Below are positions 29,616 through 39,412 of a DNA stretch of 64,000 bases, piece after piece (position 1 is the stretch's first letter; each line of letters starts with the position of its first letter). The stretch lies in NCBI GenBank assembly GCA_051531975.1, contig JAOPTT010000011.1, positions 25,419 through 89,418 of the forward strand, in the 5' to 3' direction. The stretch comes from Spirochaetaceae bacterium. GTDB taxonomy: Bacteria > Spirochaetota > Spirochaetia > DSM-2461. A program made the position numbers and the translations under genes. The notes under the pieces were generated by a model, which worked only from the letters and a program-made list of their open reading frames with translations, had not been told where the DNA came from and ran no database searches.

Positions 29616-30518
29616 ATGTTAAAACAAAAATTTAAAACTAGTTCTTTTCTTTTTAAAATCTTTTATAATTTTATTATTCCCATTGTTTCTATTTTACTGT
29701 TGGCATCCCTTCCTCTTGTAATTGGAAATAGTGACGGAAAAATACGTTTTAGATTTTTATATCTATTACTTACATCGGATTATATTAAAGGAATATTTGA
29801 TGGATCATCTTTTGTATTCAATGTAGCGAATTTTAGGTGGAATGCATTTATTCATCTACCAAAATACTTTTTAGTAACACTCTTTTATGTAGGTATCTCA
29901 TCATTTATAGGAATAGTTATAGGCTTCCCAATAGGTTTATTAAGATATAAAAAGCAGATATCTAAGTCACAAAACATCCTTAATTTTATAAGTTCTATTC
30001 CCGATTTTATTATTATTCTTTTTTTGCAACTTTTTGCAGTTTATTTTAAATCTATTACAGGTGTACGATTTGCAAAAATATCAGGGTTGGGATCATTGCC
30101 TCTTCTACTTCCGTTCATCGCTATGAGTTTATATCCTGTCATATATGTAATTAAACAGGTGAGCCGTGGGGCTTATGAAGTTAGTTGTCAGAATTATATT
30201 CAGTTTGCCCGGGCAAAAGGATTAAAAAGAAGTAAAATAATTTTTTCTCATATTATACCAGCACTTCTTCCTGGATTATCTGTAGATGTAACCAAAGTAA
30301 CTACGCTTGTTCTGGCAAATGTTTTTATTACAGAACGTCTGTTTAGGATAACAGGGATAACCACTTTTATGTTTAAATATTCTTTTCTGAGTGAAGGTGG
30401 ATATCAATTTGGTTTTGTTGTTTCATGTCTTTTATATATTTTTCTTATTTATTTAATAGTCAGTATTTCATTAAAATTAATTATCTACTGCATTAGGATA
30501 ATAGGAGGTGGTTTATGA
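29616..30518 (+). CDS. ABC transporter permease (OppB/DppB-like)
   Basis: Multi-TM; SIPDF, NYIQFARAKGL (EAA loop), TERLF. Confidence 0.8.
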   Translation: MLKQKFKTSSFLFKIFYNFIIPIVSILLLASLPLVIGNSDGKIRFRFLYLLLTSDYIKGIFDGSSFVFNVANFRWNAFIHLPKYFLVTLFYVGISSFIGIVIGFPIGLLRYKKQISKSQNILNFISSIPDFIIILFLQLFAVYFKSITGVRFAKISGLGSLPLLLPFIAMSLYPVIYVIKQVSRGAYEVSCQNYIQFARAKGLKRSKIIFSHIIPALLPGLSVDVTKVTTLVLANVFITERLFRITGITTFMFKYSFLSEGGYQFGFVVSCLLYIFLIYLIVSISLKLIIYCIRIIGGGL

Positions 30519-31411
30519 ATCTTGAGTTTAAAATAGGATCAATACTTCTTGGTCTTTTAATTCTCTTATCAGTAGTTGGACCTTTTTTTGCTCCTTTTGA
30601 ACCAGATCATTCTGAATCATTACGTACTGTAATAGTTAATGGAGAAAAGGATTATATCTTTGCTCCTGAGTATCCGAATAGCAGACATCCCCTTGGTACC
30701 GATAAAGATGGATATGATACTCTTACAATGTTATTATACGGAGCTAAATATACTTTAGCATCTTGTTTTCTTATTGCTCTATTTCGGATAATACCAGGAT
30801 TGATGATTGGATTATATGCAGGAATGAAAAAAAAATCTTCAAAAAAACTTGAATCAGTTGGAGCTATTCCTTCTTTTATTATCCTCTTTTTTCTATTAGC
30901 GGGATTAACATTTAATACTACAATGGGAACTGTCCAAGTCTTTTTTTTACAGGTTATTTTTATTGCATCTGTTGGTATCCCCGGGGTAATAACATCCATT
31001 CAGGATAAAACATGGTTATTGTCAAAAAGGGTTTATATAGAAGCTGCCAGATCCTGTGGAGCAGGTGATTTTAGGCTTGCATTTGTTCATATTTTTCCCA
31101 ATTTAAGAGGGACAATTTTTACTATTTTTATTACTGAGTTAATTAGTTCTCTTAATATTATTGGCCAGCTGGCTATATTCAGTATCTTTCTTGGGGGAAC
31201 CATTGCTACTAACTCTCCTCCATTACTTCATTCCGTAACAAATGAATGGATGGGAATTATAGCTCTATCAAGAAATGCACTAAGCTCCAAACCATGGATG
31301 TTATTTATTCCATTGGCTGCTTATCTACTGATTCTTATATCATTTAATATGATTTTACAGGGAATTGAAAAACATTATGGGAGAAAATATGGTAAAACAC
31401 CTTTTGTATAA
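30515..31411 (+). CDS. ABC transporter permease (OppC/DppC-like)
   Basis: HPLGTDKDGYD...LLYGAKYTL, YIEAARSCGA..HIFPN, EWMG. Confidence 0.85.
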   Translation: MNLEFKIGSILLGLLILLSVVGPFFAPFEPDHSESLRTVIVNGEKDYIFAPEYPNSRHPLGTDKDGYDTLTMLLYGAKYTLASCFLIALFRIIPGLMIGLYAGMKKKSSKKLESVGAIPSFIILFFLLAGLTFNTTMGTVQVFFLQVIFIASVGIPGVITSIQDKTWLLSKRVYIEAARSCGAGDFRLAFVHIFPNLRGTIFTIFITELISSLNIIGQLAIFSIFLGGTIATNSPPLLHSVTNEWMGIIALSRNALSSKPWMLFIPLAAYLLILISFNMILQGIEKHYGRKYGKTPFV

Positions 31412-32792
31412 ACTAATCCTACTTCTTTTACTTATTTCTCTATTTTCATGTAACAAACTAAGGCAAATAGAGAATATAGATGTTTCAAAAATCACTATCG
31501 ATTTTGAAATAGATGAATCACTTAGATTCTATAGTGGAAATATGAGTTTTGAATATGTTAATACTACTTTATCTGCAATTAATTCGGCAGGATTTTTTCT
31601 TCTTCCTAATGAAACCGGAGGATCTTTAATAATAAGTACCGTAACAGCTGATAACTGGGATATCAAATATAATACAGATAAATCTGTCTGTACTGTTTTA
31701 TTTGATAAAAAAATTCCCATCGGTGAGACTGTTATTATTAATATGGAATTTAGTGGAACCATCCCTAAGGTTCTTGAATCTCCAGGAATATTTTTCAGTG
31801 CAAATGGAGCTATAGCACTTGGATCTTTTTATCCACTTCCAATCCCTTTTAATGATGAGGGATCTTTTGACATTGTTTATGCTCCAGATAGTGGTGATGT
31901 GGTTGAATCTATTTTGAGTATTTTTCATGTAAGTTTTACAGCGACCGAAGATTTACAGTTTGCTGCCAGTGGTTTAGTAAAAAAAGGTAAATTAAGAGAT
32001 AATAAAAGAAGTTTCTCGGTTGAAACAGGACCTGTGCGTGATTTTTTTATGGTTGGATCAAAAAACTGGGGGAAAGTTTCAAAAATAATTAATGGTATAA
32101 AAATAACTTCATGGTATCCTAAAGGAAGAATGCAACAGGGGATAGATGCACTTTATAGTACAGAATATTCACTAAAAGTATTTGAAGATAAACTAAGTCC
32201 ATATCCATATAATAGTATGAACATTGTAAGTGCACCTCTTGGGCCTCTGTTTGGAGGTATGGAATATCCAGGTATTATTGTTTTGCATGATGATTATTAT
32301 ACTGATAAAAATTCTTATGGTTTGGAAGGTACTTTGGCTCATGAAATAGGTCATCAGTGGTTTTATAATCTTGTAGGAAATGATCCTGTAATGGAACCCT
32401 GGTTAGATGAGACCATGACACAATACTTAACATGGTTATATTTTGAGGCTCAATATGGATCTCGTGCAGGAAACAGTGTTTTTGCATCATTTAATAAAAG
32501 ATGGTCAAGGATTCAAAGAAAACCTAAGGCTCTTAATCTTAGTGCTGATGAATATAATGGAAAAGAATACGGAGCTATCCTATATGGTAAAGGTCCTTTG
32601 TTTCTTTTTGCATTAAAAGCAAAATTCGGCGATGAACTATTCAATCAGTTTTTAGTTGATTATATAAATGAGTTTAGGTGGAAAAGAGTAACAACTGAAA
32701 TTCTTCAGAATTATATGTTTAAATATTTTGCAGAAGAGGGTGACCTAATGTTTAGAAAATGGGTCTATGAGGAAGATAATTCCGCACTGTGA
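31389..32792 (+). CDS. M1 family zinc aminopeptidase, lipoprotein
   Basis: Lipobox LFSC after ATG 31389; GGMEYP, HEIGHQW...WLDE, YGKG. Confidence 0.88.
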   Translation: MVKHLLYKLILLLLLISLFSCNKLRQIENIDVSKITIDFEIDESLRFYSGNMSFEYVNTTLSAINSAGFFLLPNETGGSLIISTVTADNWDIKYNTDKSVCTVLFDKKIPIGETVIINMEFSGTIPKVLESPGIFFSANGAIALGSFYPLPIPFNDEGSFDIVYAPDSGDVVESILSIFHVSFTATEDLQFAASGLVKKGKLRDNKRSFSVETGPVRDFFMVGSKNWGKVSKIINGIKITSWYPKGRMQQGIDALYSTEYSLKVFEDKLSPYPYNSMNIVSAPLGPLFGGMEYPGIIVLHDDYYTDKNSYGLEGTLAHEIGHQWFYNLVGNDPVMEPWLDETMTQYLTWLYFEAQYGSRAGNSVFASFNKRWSRIQRKPKALNLSADEYNGKEYGAILYGKGPLFLFALKAKFGDELFNQFLVDYINEFRWKRVTTEILQNYMFKYFAEEGDLMFRKWVYEEDNSAL

Positions 32793-32806
32793 TAACAGGA
32801 GAAAAA

Positions 32807-33604
32807 ATGAAAAAAATATATGGCGAGTTAAAAAGTGGTGAAACAAATCCTTCACCAGAAATTGATTGCTACATTCCAAAAAGTAATCCAAAAGGCATTG
32901 GTATCATCATTTTTCCTGGAGGAGGATATGGTGATTTAGCAGAGCATGAAGGCAAAGGTTATGCTGAGTATTTTAACGATTATGGTATTGCAGCATTTGT
33001 TGTTACATATAGATTAGGTTCTAATGGTTTCCGACATCCAGCAATGTTAGAAGATGCCCTTGCCGCTATCAGTACTGTTAGATCACGAGCTTCTGAATTC
33101 GCGGTTGATCAACATAAACTAGGCATCATGGGTTCATCCGCTGGTGGACATCTTGCTGCACATACTCTTGTTGCTTGGGATAAATATAAAAGTAATATCT
33201 CTTTACGGCCAGATTTTGGTATTCTTTGTTATCCAGTTATTGTTTCAGAGGGTAAATATACCCATGAAGGTTCTATTCAGAATCTTGCTGGTATCAATCC
33301 TTCTCCGGAACTTCTACAAGAGATATCTTGTGATAAACATGTTTCAACAAATACTCCACCATGTTTTATATGGCACACAGGTGAAGACATATGTGTTCCT
33401 CTTGAAAATAGCATGTTGTTTGCTACAGCATTGAGAAATTCTGGTGTTCCTTTTGAGTTACATCTATATACAAAAGGTGGACATGGACTTGGTTTAAATG
33501 CACCTTTTACTTGGGGTTCTGATTGCATTAGATGGGTAGAGGATAATATTAAAACTGGATGTAAAGTCATAACAAGTAAACCTATAAAACCTAAAGATTT
33601 ATGA
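32807..33604 (+). CDS. Alpha/beta hydrolase (esterase, acetylxylan/feruloyl esterase-like)
   Basis: FPGGGY, GSSAGGHLA, TPPCF, D..V, GGHGLG; ATG 32807 after AGGAGA. Confidence 0.88.
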   Translation: MKKIYGELKSGETNPSPEIDCYIPKSNPKGIGIIIFPGGGYGDLAEHEGKGYAEYFNDYGIAAFVVTYRLGSNGFRHPAMLEDALAAISTVRSRASEFAVDQHKLGIMGSSAGGHLAAHTLVAWDKYKSNISLRPDFGILCYPVIVSEGKYTHEGSIQNLAGINPSPELLQEISCDKHVSTNTPPCFIWHTGEDICVPLENSMLFATALRNSGVPFELHLYTKGGHGLGLNAPFTWGSDCIRWVEDNIKTGCKVITSKPIKPKDL

Positions 33605-33716
33605 ACTCCCACTCTCATATCAAAAGGGTATAGACATTAAGAAATCAAATATAATTTGATAAACACTTGGAATTAATTTAGAATTAATAATGTAGTATAA
33701 AAATTGGAGACAAAAA

Positions 33717-34280
33717 GTGAAATTTAATATATATAGAAATATTGGGTTACTTTTATTTTTAACTCTTATTACAACAAATCTCATAGCAAAATCTAATAAT
33801 GAAACAGCTATTACAGAAGGTGAAACTCAACTAAATGATGATGGAACAAAAACAATCATTGTTAGTGGTATTACATTTACATGGAAAATTGATGGAGAGT
33901 ACCTATACGGTACTTTGGAATCTAAATATACAGGTTGGATTGCTATTGGTATTAATCCAAAGAATATGATGCAGGAAGCAGATTTTGTTATCGGATATGT
34001 TTCTGATGGAGTAGTTAATATTAGAGATGACTATGGAAATTGGTTAACATCCCATGCAGCAGACGAAGAGTTGGGTGGTACAAATGATGTTGAGGCAATT
34101 ACTGGATCAGAAAATGAAGATGGAACAAGATTTGAATTTAAAAGAAAAATTATTTCTACTGATGAGTTTGATAATACTATTACACTAGGTGTAGAAACAC
34201 CAGTTATTTTTGCTACAGGAAAAATCGATGATTATAATTCAATGCATACTGTAAAAGGTAAAGGAATTATAGTTTTTTAA
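33717..34280 (+). CDS. Secreted DOMON domain protein
   Basis: Signal peptide; GWIAIG.NP..MM.EADFVIG, RDDY, FKRK, C-terminal MH. Confidence 0.8.
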   Translation: MKFNIYRNIGLLLFLTLITTNLIAKSNNETAITEGETQLNDDGTKTIIVSGITFTWKIDGEYLYGTLESKYTGWIAIGINPKNMMQEADFVIGYVSDGVVNIRDDYGNWLTSHAADEELGGTNDVEAITGSENEDGTRFEFKRKIISTDEFDNTITLGVETPVIFATGKIDDYNSMHTVKGKGIIVF

Positions 34281-34368
34281 ATATATATTGTGAACAATCT
34301 TTAAATTTATAAAAACTATTTTATGTGACCGAGAATAGGATCATATGTAAAAAAAGTTGGAGGACAAA

Positions 34369-35115
34369 ATGACTAAGAATAATTTAATAAAAGTAAGTTT
34401 TATTTTTTTGGTATTAAGTGTGTTTTTAATTCAAGCGTGTACAACTAAACCATTAACTAAAGCTGAAGAAGTTTTATACATGACTATAGATGGTAGTCAT
34501 GCCGCAGAATGGAAATTAACGGCTACAGATCCACTATTAATTGGAGGATATGGAGATAATTTCGTTTATAATGGTGAAAAGGTTCAGGCTTTAACAGGAA
34601 ATGCAATAGTTGATGTTAATGCTGAAACAAATACTGGAAAAATGGTTGCGACATTTAAAGGAACTATAACACCTGAAGCAAATAAAACTTATACTGGTAC
34701 AATTCGTCTGGAATATACAATGTTTAAGGAAGGATCTGATTTCTTGGAAGGAGGAATTGCAGATTTTATATATCTTCATGGGGATACAGGTCAGGAAGCA
34801 CCGGTAATGCCAAAAGTGAAAACTCCATTAGCTTCATGGGGTCCCGTAAATGTCTATGTTGACGATGTTTTAATATACGAAAAATTAGTTGGTCATATGA
34901 TGTATACTGAAGCTTCACGGAATCAGGAGACTTATGCCATTTACAACTCGGATAAGTCAGGCTTTTACTCTCCTAAAGATCCGTCTAATGGATCAATAGC
35001 ACATCCAGATAAAATGGAGCTGCACTTTGTTGCTCACACTGTAGAACCTGATACAGGGAACTTCCCACCTCACACTGTTTGGATTCACTTAAACTACATA
35101 ACCGTTAGTGAATAA
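34369..35115 (+). CDS. Hypothetical lipoprotein, His-containing
   Basis: GGAGG RBS, lipobox IQAC; LHGDTG, GHMM, HFVAH, HTVWIH. Confidence 0.65.
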   Translation: MTKNNLIKVSFIFLVLSVFLIQACTTKPLTKAEEVLYMTIDGSHAAEWKLTATDPLLIGGYGDNFVYNGEKVQALTGNAIVDVNAETNTGKMVATFKGTITPEANKTYTGTIRLEYTMFKEGSDFLEGGIADFIYLHGDTGQEAPVMPKVKTPLASWGPVNVYVDDVLIYEKLVGHMMYTEASRNQETYAIYNSDKSGFYSPKDPSNGSIAHPDKMELHFVAHTVEPDTGNFPPHTVWIHLNYITVSE

Positions 35116-35121
35116 AACTAT

Positions 35122-35154
35122 AATAGATACAGAGAATACTCTGTATCTATTTTG
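35122..35154 (+). terminator. Rho-independent terminator
   Basis: AATAGATACAGAG-AATA-CTCTGTATCTATT perfect 13-bp stem followed by T residues, between convergent genes. Confidence 0.8.
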
Positions 35155-35186
35155 TTCTGGTCTATAGTATATAAAAATTAAAATAA

Positions 35187-36410
35187 TTATTTAGTGAGCT
35201 CTATTATTTTTACAATTACAGCTACACTTTTTTCCATTGAATTTATAGGAATGTATTCAAATTTACCATGAAAATTATGTCCACCTGTAAATATATTTGG
35301 AGTTGGAAGCCCCATATAAGAAAGCTTCGCTCCATCTGTACCTCCACGAACAGGTATAATAATTGGTTTAACACCAACTTCTTCCATAGCTTGTTCTGGA
35401 ATGTTTACAATATTAAAAACTGGCATTATTTTTTCTTTCATATTGTAATATGAGTCCTCTATTTTTAGTTCAATTATATTTTCATATTTTTTATTCAGAA
35501 ATTCGACAGCACTTAGTATAAGATCTTTTTTTGATGAAAACTTTTCCATATCGTGATCTCTGATTATATATTTTAATTCTGTTTTTTCAACAGTTCCATT
35601 AAAAGTATGAAGATGAAAAAAACCTTCATACATTTCTGTAAATTCAGGCTTTTGGTCAGCAGGTAAAAGTGAATTTAATTCCCCTGCAATTTCAATTGAA
35701 TTAACCATTTTATTTTTTGATGATCCAGGGTGAACATTTGTTCCACTTATAATAATATTAGCAGATGCAGCATTAAAATTTTCATATTCTAATTCACCAA
35801 TCTCTCCACCATCTACAGTATAAGCATAATCAGCAGAAAACTTTTTAATATCGAAATTATCGGCACCTCGGCCAATTTCTTCATCAGGAGTAAATCCGAT
35901 TTTAATAATACCATGTTCAATTTCAGGATGTTCTATTAAGTATTTAACTGCTGTCATTATTTCTGCAATACCAGCTTTGTCATCAGCTCCTAAAAGTGTT
36001 GTACCATCAGTAGTAATTAAAGTTTCTCCGATATAATTTCTCATTTCAGGGAATTTTTTAGGTGATAATACAATATTTAATTCATTGTTTAAAACAATAT
36101 CATTACCATCATAATTATGGGTGAATTTAGGATTTACATCTTTTCCAGACATATCAGGAGCAGTATCCATATGTGCAATAAATCCAATTGTTGGCAACTT
36201 TTTATCACTGTTAGCTGGTAGTTCAGCCATAACATAAGCATTATCATCAACTGAAACATTAGTAAGCTGAAGTTCATTTAACTCTTTTTCTAACAGATTA
36301 GCTAGATCAAATTGGTTCTTTGTAGATGGGCATGTTTCAGAATCTTCATTAGATTTTGTATCTATTTTTATATATTTTATAAATCTATTTACAACTTCAG
36401 AATATTTCAT
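35187..36410 (-). CDS. pepT: Peptidase T (tripeptide aminopeptidase)
   Basis: AHMDT, TLLGADDKAG, FTPDEEIGRGA, ENFNAA, RGGTDG, GGHNFHG. Confidence 0.95.
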   Translation of the reverse strand: MKYSEVVNRFIKYIKIDTKSNEDSETCPSTKNQFDLANLLEKELNELQLTNVSVDDNAYVMAELPANSDKKLPTIGFIAHMDTAPDMSGKDVNPKFTHNYDGNDIVLNNELNIVLSPKKFPEMRNYIGETLITTDGTTLLGADDKAGIAEIMTAVKYLIEHPEIEHGIIKIGFTPDEEIGRGADNFDIKKFSADYAYTVDGGEIGELEYENFNAASANIIISGTNVHPGSSKNKMVNSIEIAGELNSLLPADQKPEFTEMYEGFFHLHTFNGTVEKTELKYIIRDHDMEKFSSKKDLILSAVEFLNKKYENIIELKIEDSYYNMKEKIMPVFNIVNIPEQAMEEVGVKPIIIPVRGGTDGAKLSYMGLPTPNIFTGGHNFHGKFEYIPINSMEKSVAVIVKIIELTK

Positions 36411-36504
36411 AATTATCATCCTTTAAACTTTAAGTGCGGGTATTTTCTATAATATTTTAATATCCTCGAAAAGAACATACTTTAACTTTTTATTTTTTAT
36501 TACA

Positions 36505-38217
36505 TTATTCCAAAACTGAAATAGATGCATTGCCAAAAAGGTTTAAATTATTAGCATTAATTTCATCAGGTATTTGACTATTTTGAATTTGATTAAATTG
36601 ATAATAAAGAATGAGTCCATTTGTTATAGGAATAATTTTGTTTCTTATTGAGTTGTTTATCTCTGTATTGCTTCGGGTTGTATTCCATATCCTTAATTCT
36701 TTGATGTATCCATCAAAAAATATTGAGTGCCATTCAGGATTATATGATCCAACAAAATATGAACCTTTACTATTTGGCTTTGGAAAACCATTTCCATTAA
36801 TAGGATTACTACCATCATCAACCCATCTACCCTGAATCTCCTTTCCATTTACATAAAGTTTTGTTTTAGAACCATCTCCATAATTATGAGATACAGCTAT
36901 ATGATACCATTCACCTTCATCAAAATCGAATGAACCTGTATATCTACTGTCAATGGTTTCAAAAGCAAAAAATAAATCATCAGATGAAAAACCAAAAGTA
37001 TAGTTACCAGCAGTACTACCACCATGACTTTGACTTATAACAGGTTGGGAATCTGTATATCCCCAAACACCACTTCCATCCGAATTGGTTGCAATAGTAT
37101 TTATATATATCCATGATTCAATAGTGATATTTGATCTAAGATCTAATTCTGAAGAGTATTTTATTTCACCGTAATCACCAGACCCATCGAGAGCAAGCCC
37201 TTTGTGAAAATCTATATTTAATGAATCTAGGAAAAACAAATTAGTGGATACTGGATACTGAGGGAATAAGATTTTTTGTTTTTCTAAATTCCAAATTGAA
37301 TTGTCAAGATATTTAATTTTTCTATTATCAGATTCATCTCTTATAATCTCTTTGTCAAGAATGGATTCCCATCTCTCATACTTCTCTACTAGATTTGATC
37401 TATACTTTTGAAAAAATGGTGTTCCCAATAATTTATCCAGATCATTCATAAAAGGTTTTATATCAGATTTTCCCTCTATTGCTGCTAATCTTAATTCCTG
37501 ATCCACTTGATTAAATATTGGAACTTCTTTTCCAGCTATCAGAGGTAGGGGAACATCAATATTATTAATAGTCTTCTCTTCTACAACAATATTATGAACC
37601 ATTTCATATAATCCAAAAGGTCTTTCCTGAAGGACTGTTAGTTTGTGAATACCAGATGGCATTTTATCTATGGATAAAACATCTTTTGGCAATGAAACAC
37701 CATCAATAGTAAAACTGAATGGTTCACCTGTTCTGGGAGGAACAAGTACCAGAGCACCATATGTAACGTGAATACCAGAAAAACCTTCCACTGTTTGATA
37801 TGTTATTTTATCGATTGCATCAAAAGTATCAAAAATTGATTCTACAATAGTAGAACTAGAGTAGGTGATTTTATCAAGAGCTCGATCGTATGCATTCATA
37901 GTAATGATGTATGAACCATCTTCTATAGTACAAGATCCAAATAGGATATTATCATAGCCCATTGTTTCTGCTCTAGACTTTAAAATAGTAGTATCGAGAA
38001 TTTCTGATTTATTTGGTTCATCCCTAAAAACTTCAAATCTCCCAAGTAATCTTATTATCAGACTTACTCCGTTGGTTGAACTAACACAAACTGAATCCAG
38101 CCATGACTCTCCTGATAGATTTACCATAGGATCTATCTGTACAATAGGTTTGCTTTGGGAAAAAAGAGATATAGAATTAATAAATACAATATATAGAATT
38201 AACTTTCTTTTATTCAT
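36505..38217 (-). CDS. Secreted protein with C-terminal LamG/concanavalin A-like domain
   Basis: ATG 38217 after GGAGG, signal peptide; ITIESWI, WYHIAV, LYVNG, FDGYIKELRIWNTTRS. Confidence 0.75.
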   Translation of the reverse strand: MNKRKLILYIVFINSISLFSQSKPIVQIDPMVNLSGESWLDSVCVSSTNGVSLIIRLLGRFEVFRDEPNKSEILDTTILKSRAETMGYDNILFGSCTIEDGSYIITMNAYDRALDKITYSSSTIVESIFDTFDAIDKITYQTVEGFSGIHVTYGALVLVPPRTGEPFSFTIDGVSLPKDVLSIDKMPSGIHKLTVLQERPFGLYEMVHNIVVEEKTINNIDVPLPLIAGKEVPIFNQVDQELRLAAIEGKSDIKPFMNDLDKLLGTPFFQKYRSNLVEKYERWESILDKEIIRDESDNRKIKYLDNSIWNLEKQKILFPQYPVSTNLFFLDSLNIDFHKGLALDGSGDYGEIKYSSELDLRSNITIESWIYINTIATNSDGSGVWGYTDSQPVISQSHGGSTAGNYTFGFSSDDLFFAFETIDSRYTGSFDFDEGEWYHIAVSHNYGDGSKTKLYVNGKEIQGRWVDDGSNPINGNGFPKPNSKGSYFVGSYNPEWHSIFFDGYIKELRIWNTTRSNTEINNSIRNKIIPITNGLILYYQFNQIQNSQIPDEINANNLNLFGNASISVLE

Positions 38218-39196
38218 TGTTCCCTCCAATAAAAAGAAGATTATAATCAAGAAGGTCTTGAATTTCAGGTTTCTCAAGAAGTATTTTGGGATTTTCATTT
38301 TCTTTAATGGTATTTTGAATTAGATAAAGACAATATGTTACTTCGTTAAATTTAAAGACTGTATATAACTTTGATCTTGATTTATCATTTATTTGACCAT
38401 ATACAGTAAAATTAGTTAACTTGTTTTGAACTATTAAAGTATGAATAAATGGTTCTATATCAAAGTTAGTATTAGTTTGTAATTGACTTACTTCTTCAGG
38501 ATTCAAAGTACAAAGACCGGCAATTATATCTTCTTTGTATTCTTTTCCTTTTTTAGTAATATAGTAACCATTTTTAAAATCATCATACCAGAACCATGTG
38601 TTATTTATACTTGTAAACAGTGGTGCGTCAACCTTTTTACGTATAGAAACCCAATTACGTTCATCTTTTTTATATGTTTCGAGGATTTGTAGAGCTTCCT
38701 CTTGGGTAAAAATTGTATCGACGTTATTGGAGAAATGTAAAAAAGTTACATTATTTCCATCGGCTACAAAAAGACTTTTTAATATACGATCGTCATCAAT
38801 ACCATTAAAAATAGCAATAGTTCCAAAACGTTCATGTTCTATTAATTCAGTTTTTATTTTTTTATCAGAATGAAATACAAAATCCTCATAAAAATCGACT
38901 AGTTTACTGAATTTAATATCATATTTGAAATCAATTATCTCTAGACCGCCTTCTATACCTTCTTGTGAACGAAAATTGAATAAAGTTCCTTTTTCTGAGG
39001 GGTTTTGAATAAAAGCCCATCCTTCTGGGAGCATCAATGTTTCACCTAATAAAGTCAATCGATTATTGATTACAGCACCATTAAACATTTCCCTGTTTGG
39101 ATCAATATCTGGAGAGCTTGAACATCCAATTAGAAAATAGACTTCTGCTAGAATTATAATAAACACTAGTTTTGTAGTTAGTCGCTTTATTTTCAT
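38210..39196 (-). CDS. Hypothetical lipoprotein
   Basis: 328-aa ORF with GAGG RBS and lipobox LIGC; overlaps the start of the LamG gene. Confidence 0.65.
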   Translation of the reverse strand: MKIKRLTTKLVFIIILAEVYFLIGCSSSPDIDPNREMFNGAVINNRLTLLGETLMLPEGWAFIQNPSEKGTLFNFRSQEGIEGGLEIIDFKYDIKFSKLVDFYEDFVFHSDKKIKTELIEHERFGTIAIFNGIDDDRILKSLFVADGNNVTFLHFSNNVDTIFTQEEALQILETYKKDERNWVSIRKKVDAPLFTSINNTWFWYDDFKNGYYITKKGKEYKEDIIAGLCTLNPEEVSQLQTNTNFDIEPFIHTLIVQNKLTNFTVYGQINDKSRSKLYTVFKFNEVTYCLYLIQNTIKENENPKILLEKPEIQDLLDYNLLFIGGNNE

Positions 39197-39273
39197 AATT
39201 TAAATACCTCTTCATTGATTAAATTTTTGGAGTTAAATAATTAATTGTGTCAATATTCATTCATTTCCGTTTC

Positions 39274-39303
39274 TTTCACTTTCACTTTAACTTTAACTTT
39301 AGC
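39274..39303. repeat. Degenerate hexamer tandem repeat x5
   Basis: TTTCAC TTTCAC TTTAAC TTTAAC TTTAGC. Confidence 0.7.
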
Positions 39304-39412
39304 AGTTTAATAGTTAAAAAGTACTAAAAAAATTACTAGAGTTCTTGATTATGTTAATTACATAGCCTAAATTTAAAGAATTATAGAAATAATTAGAAAA
39401 GTGAGGATTCTT

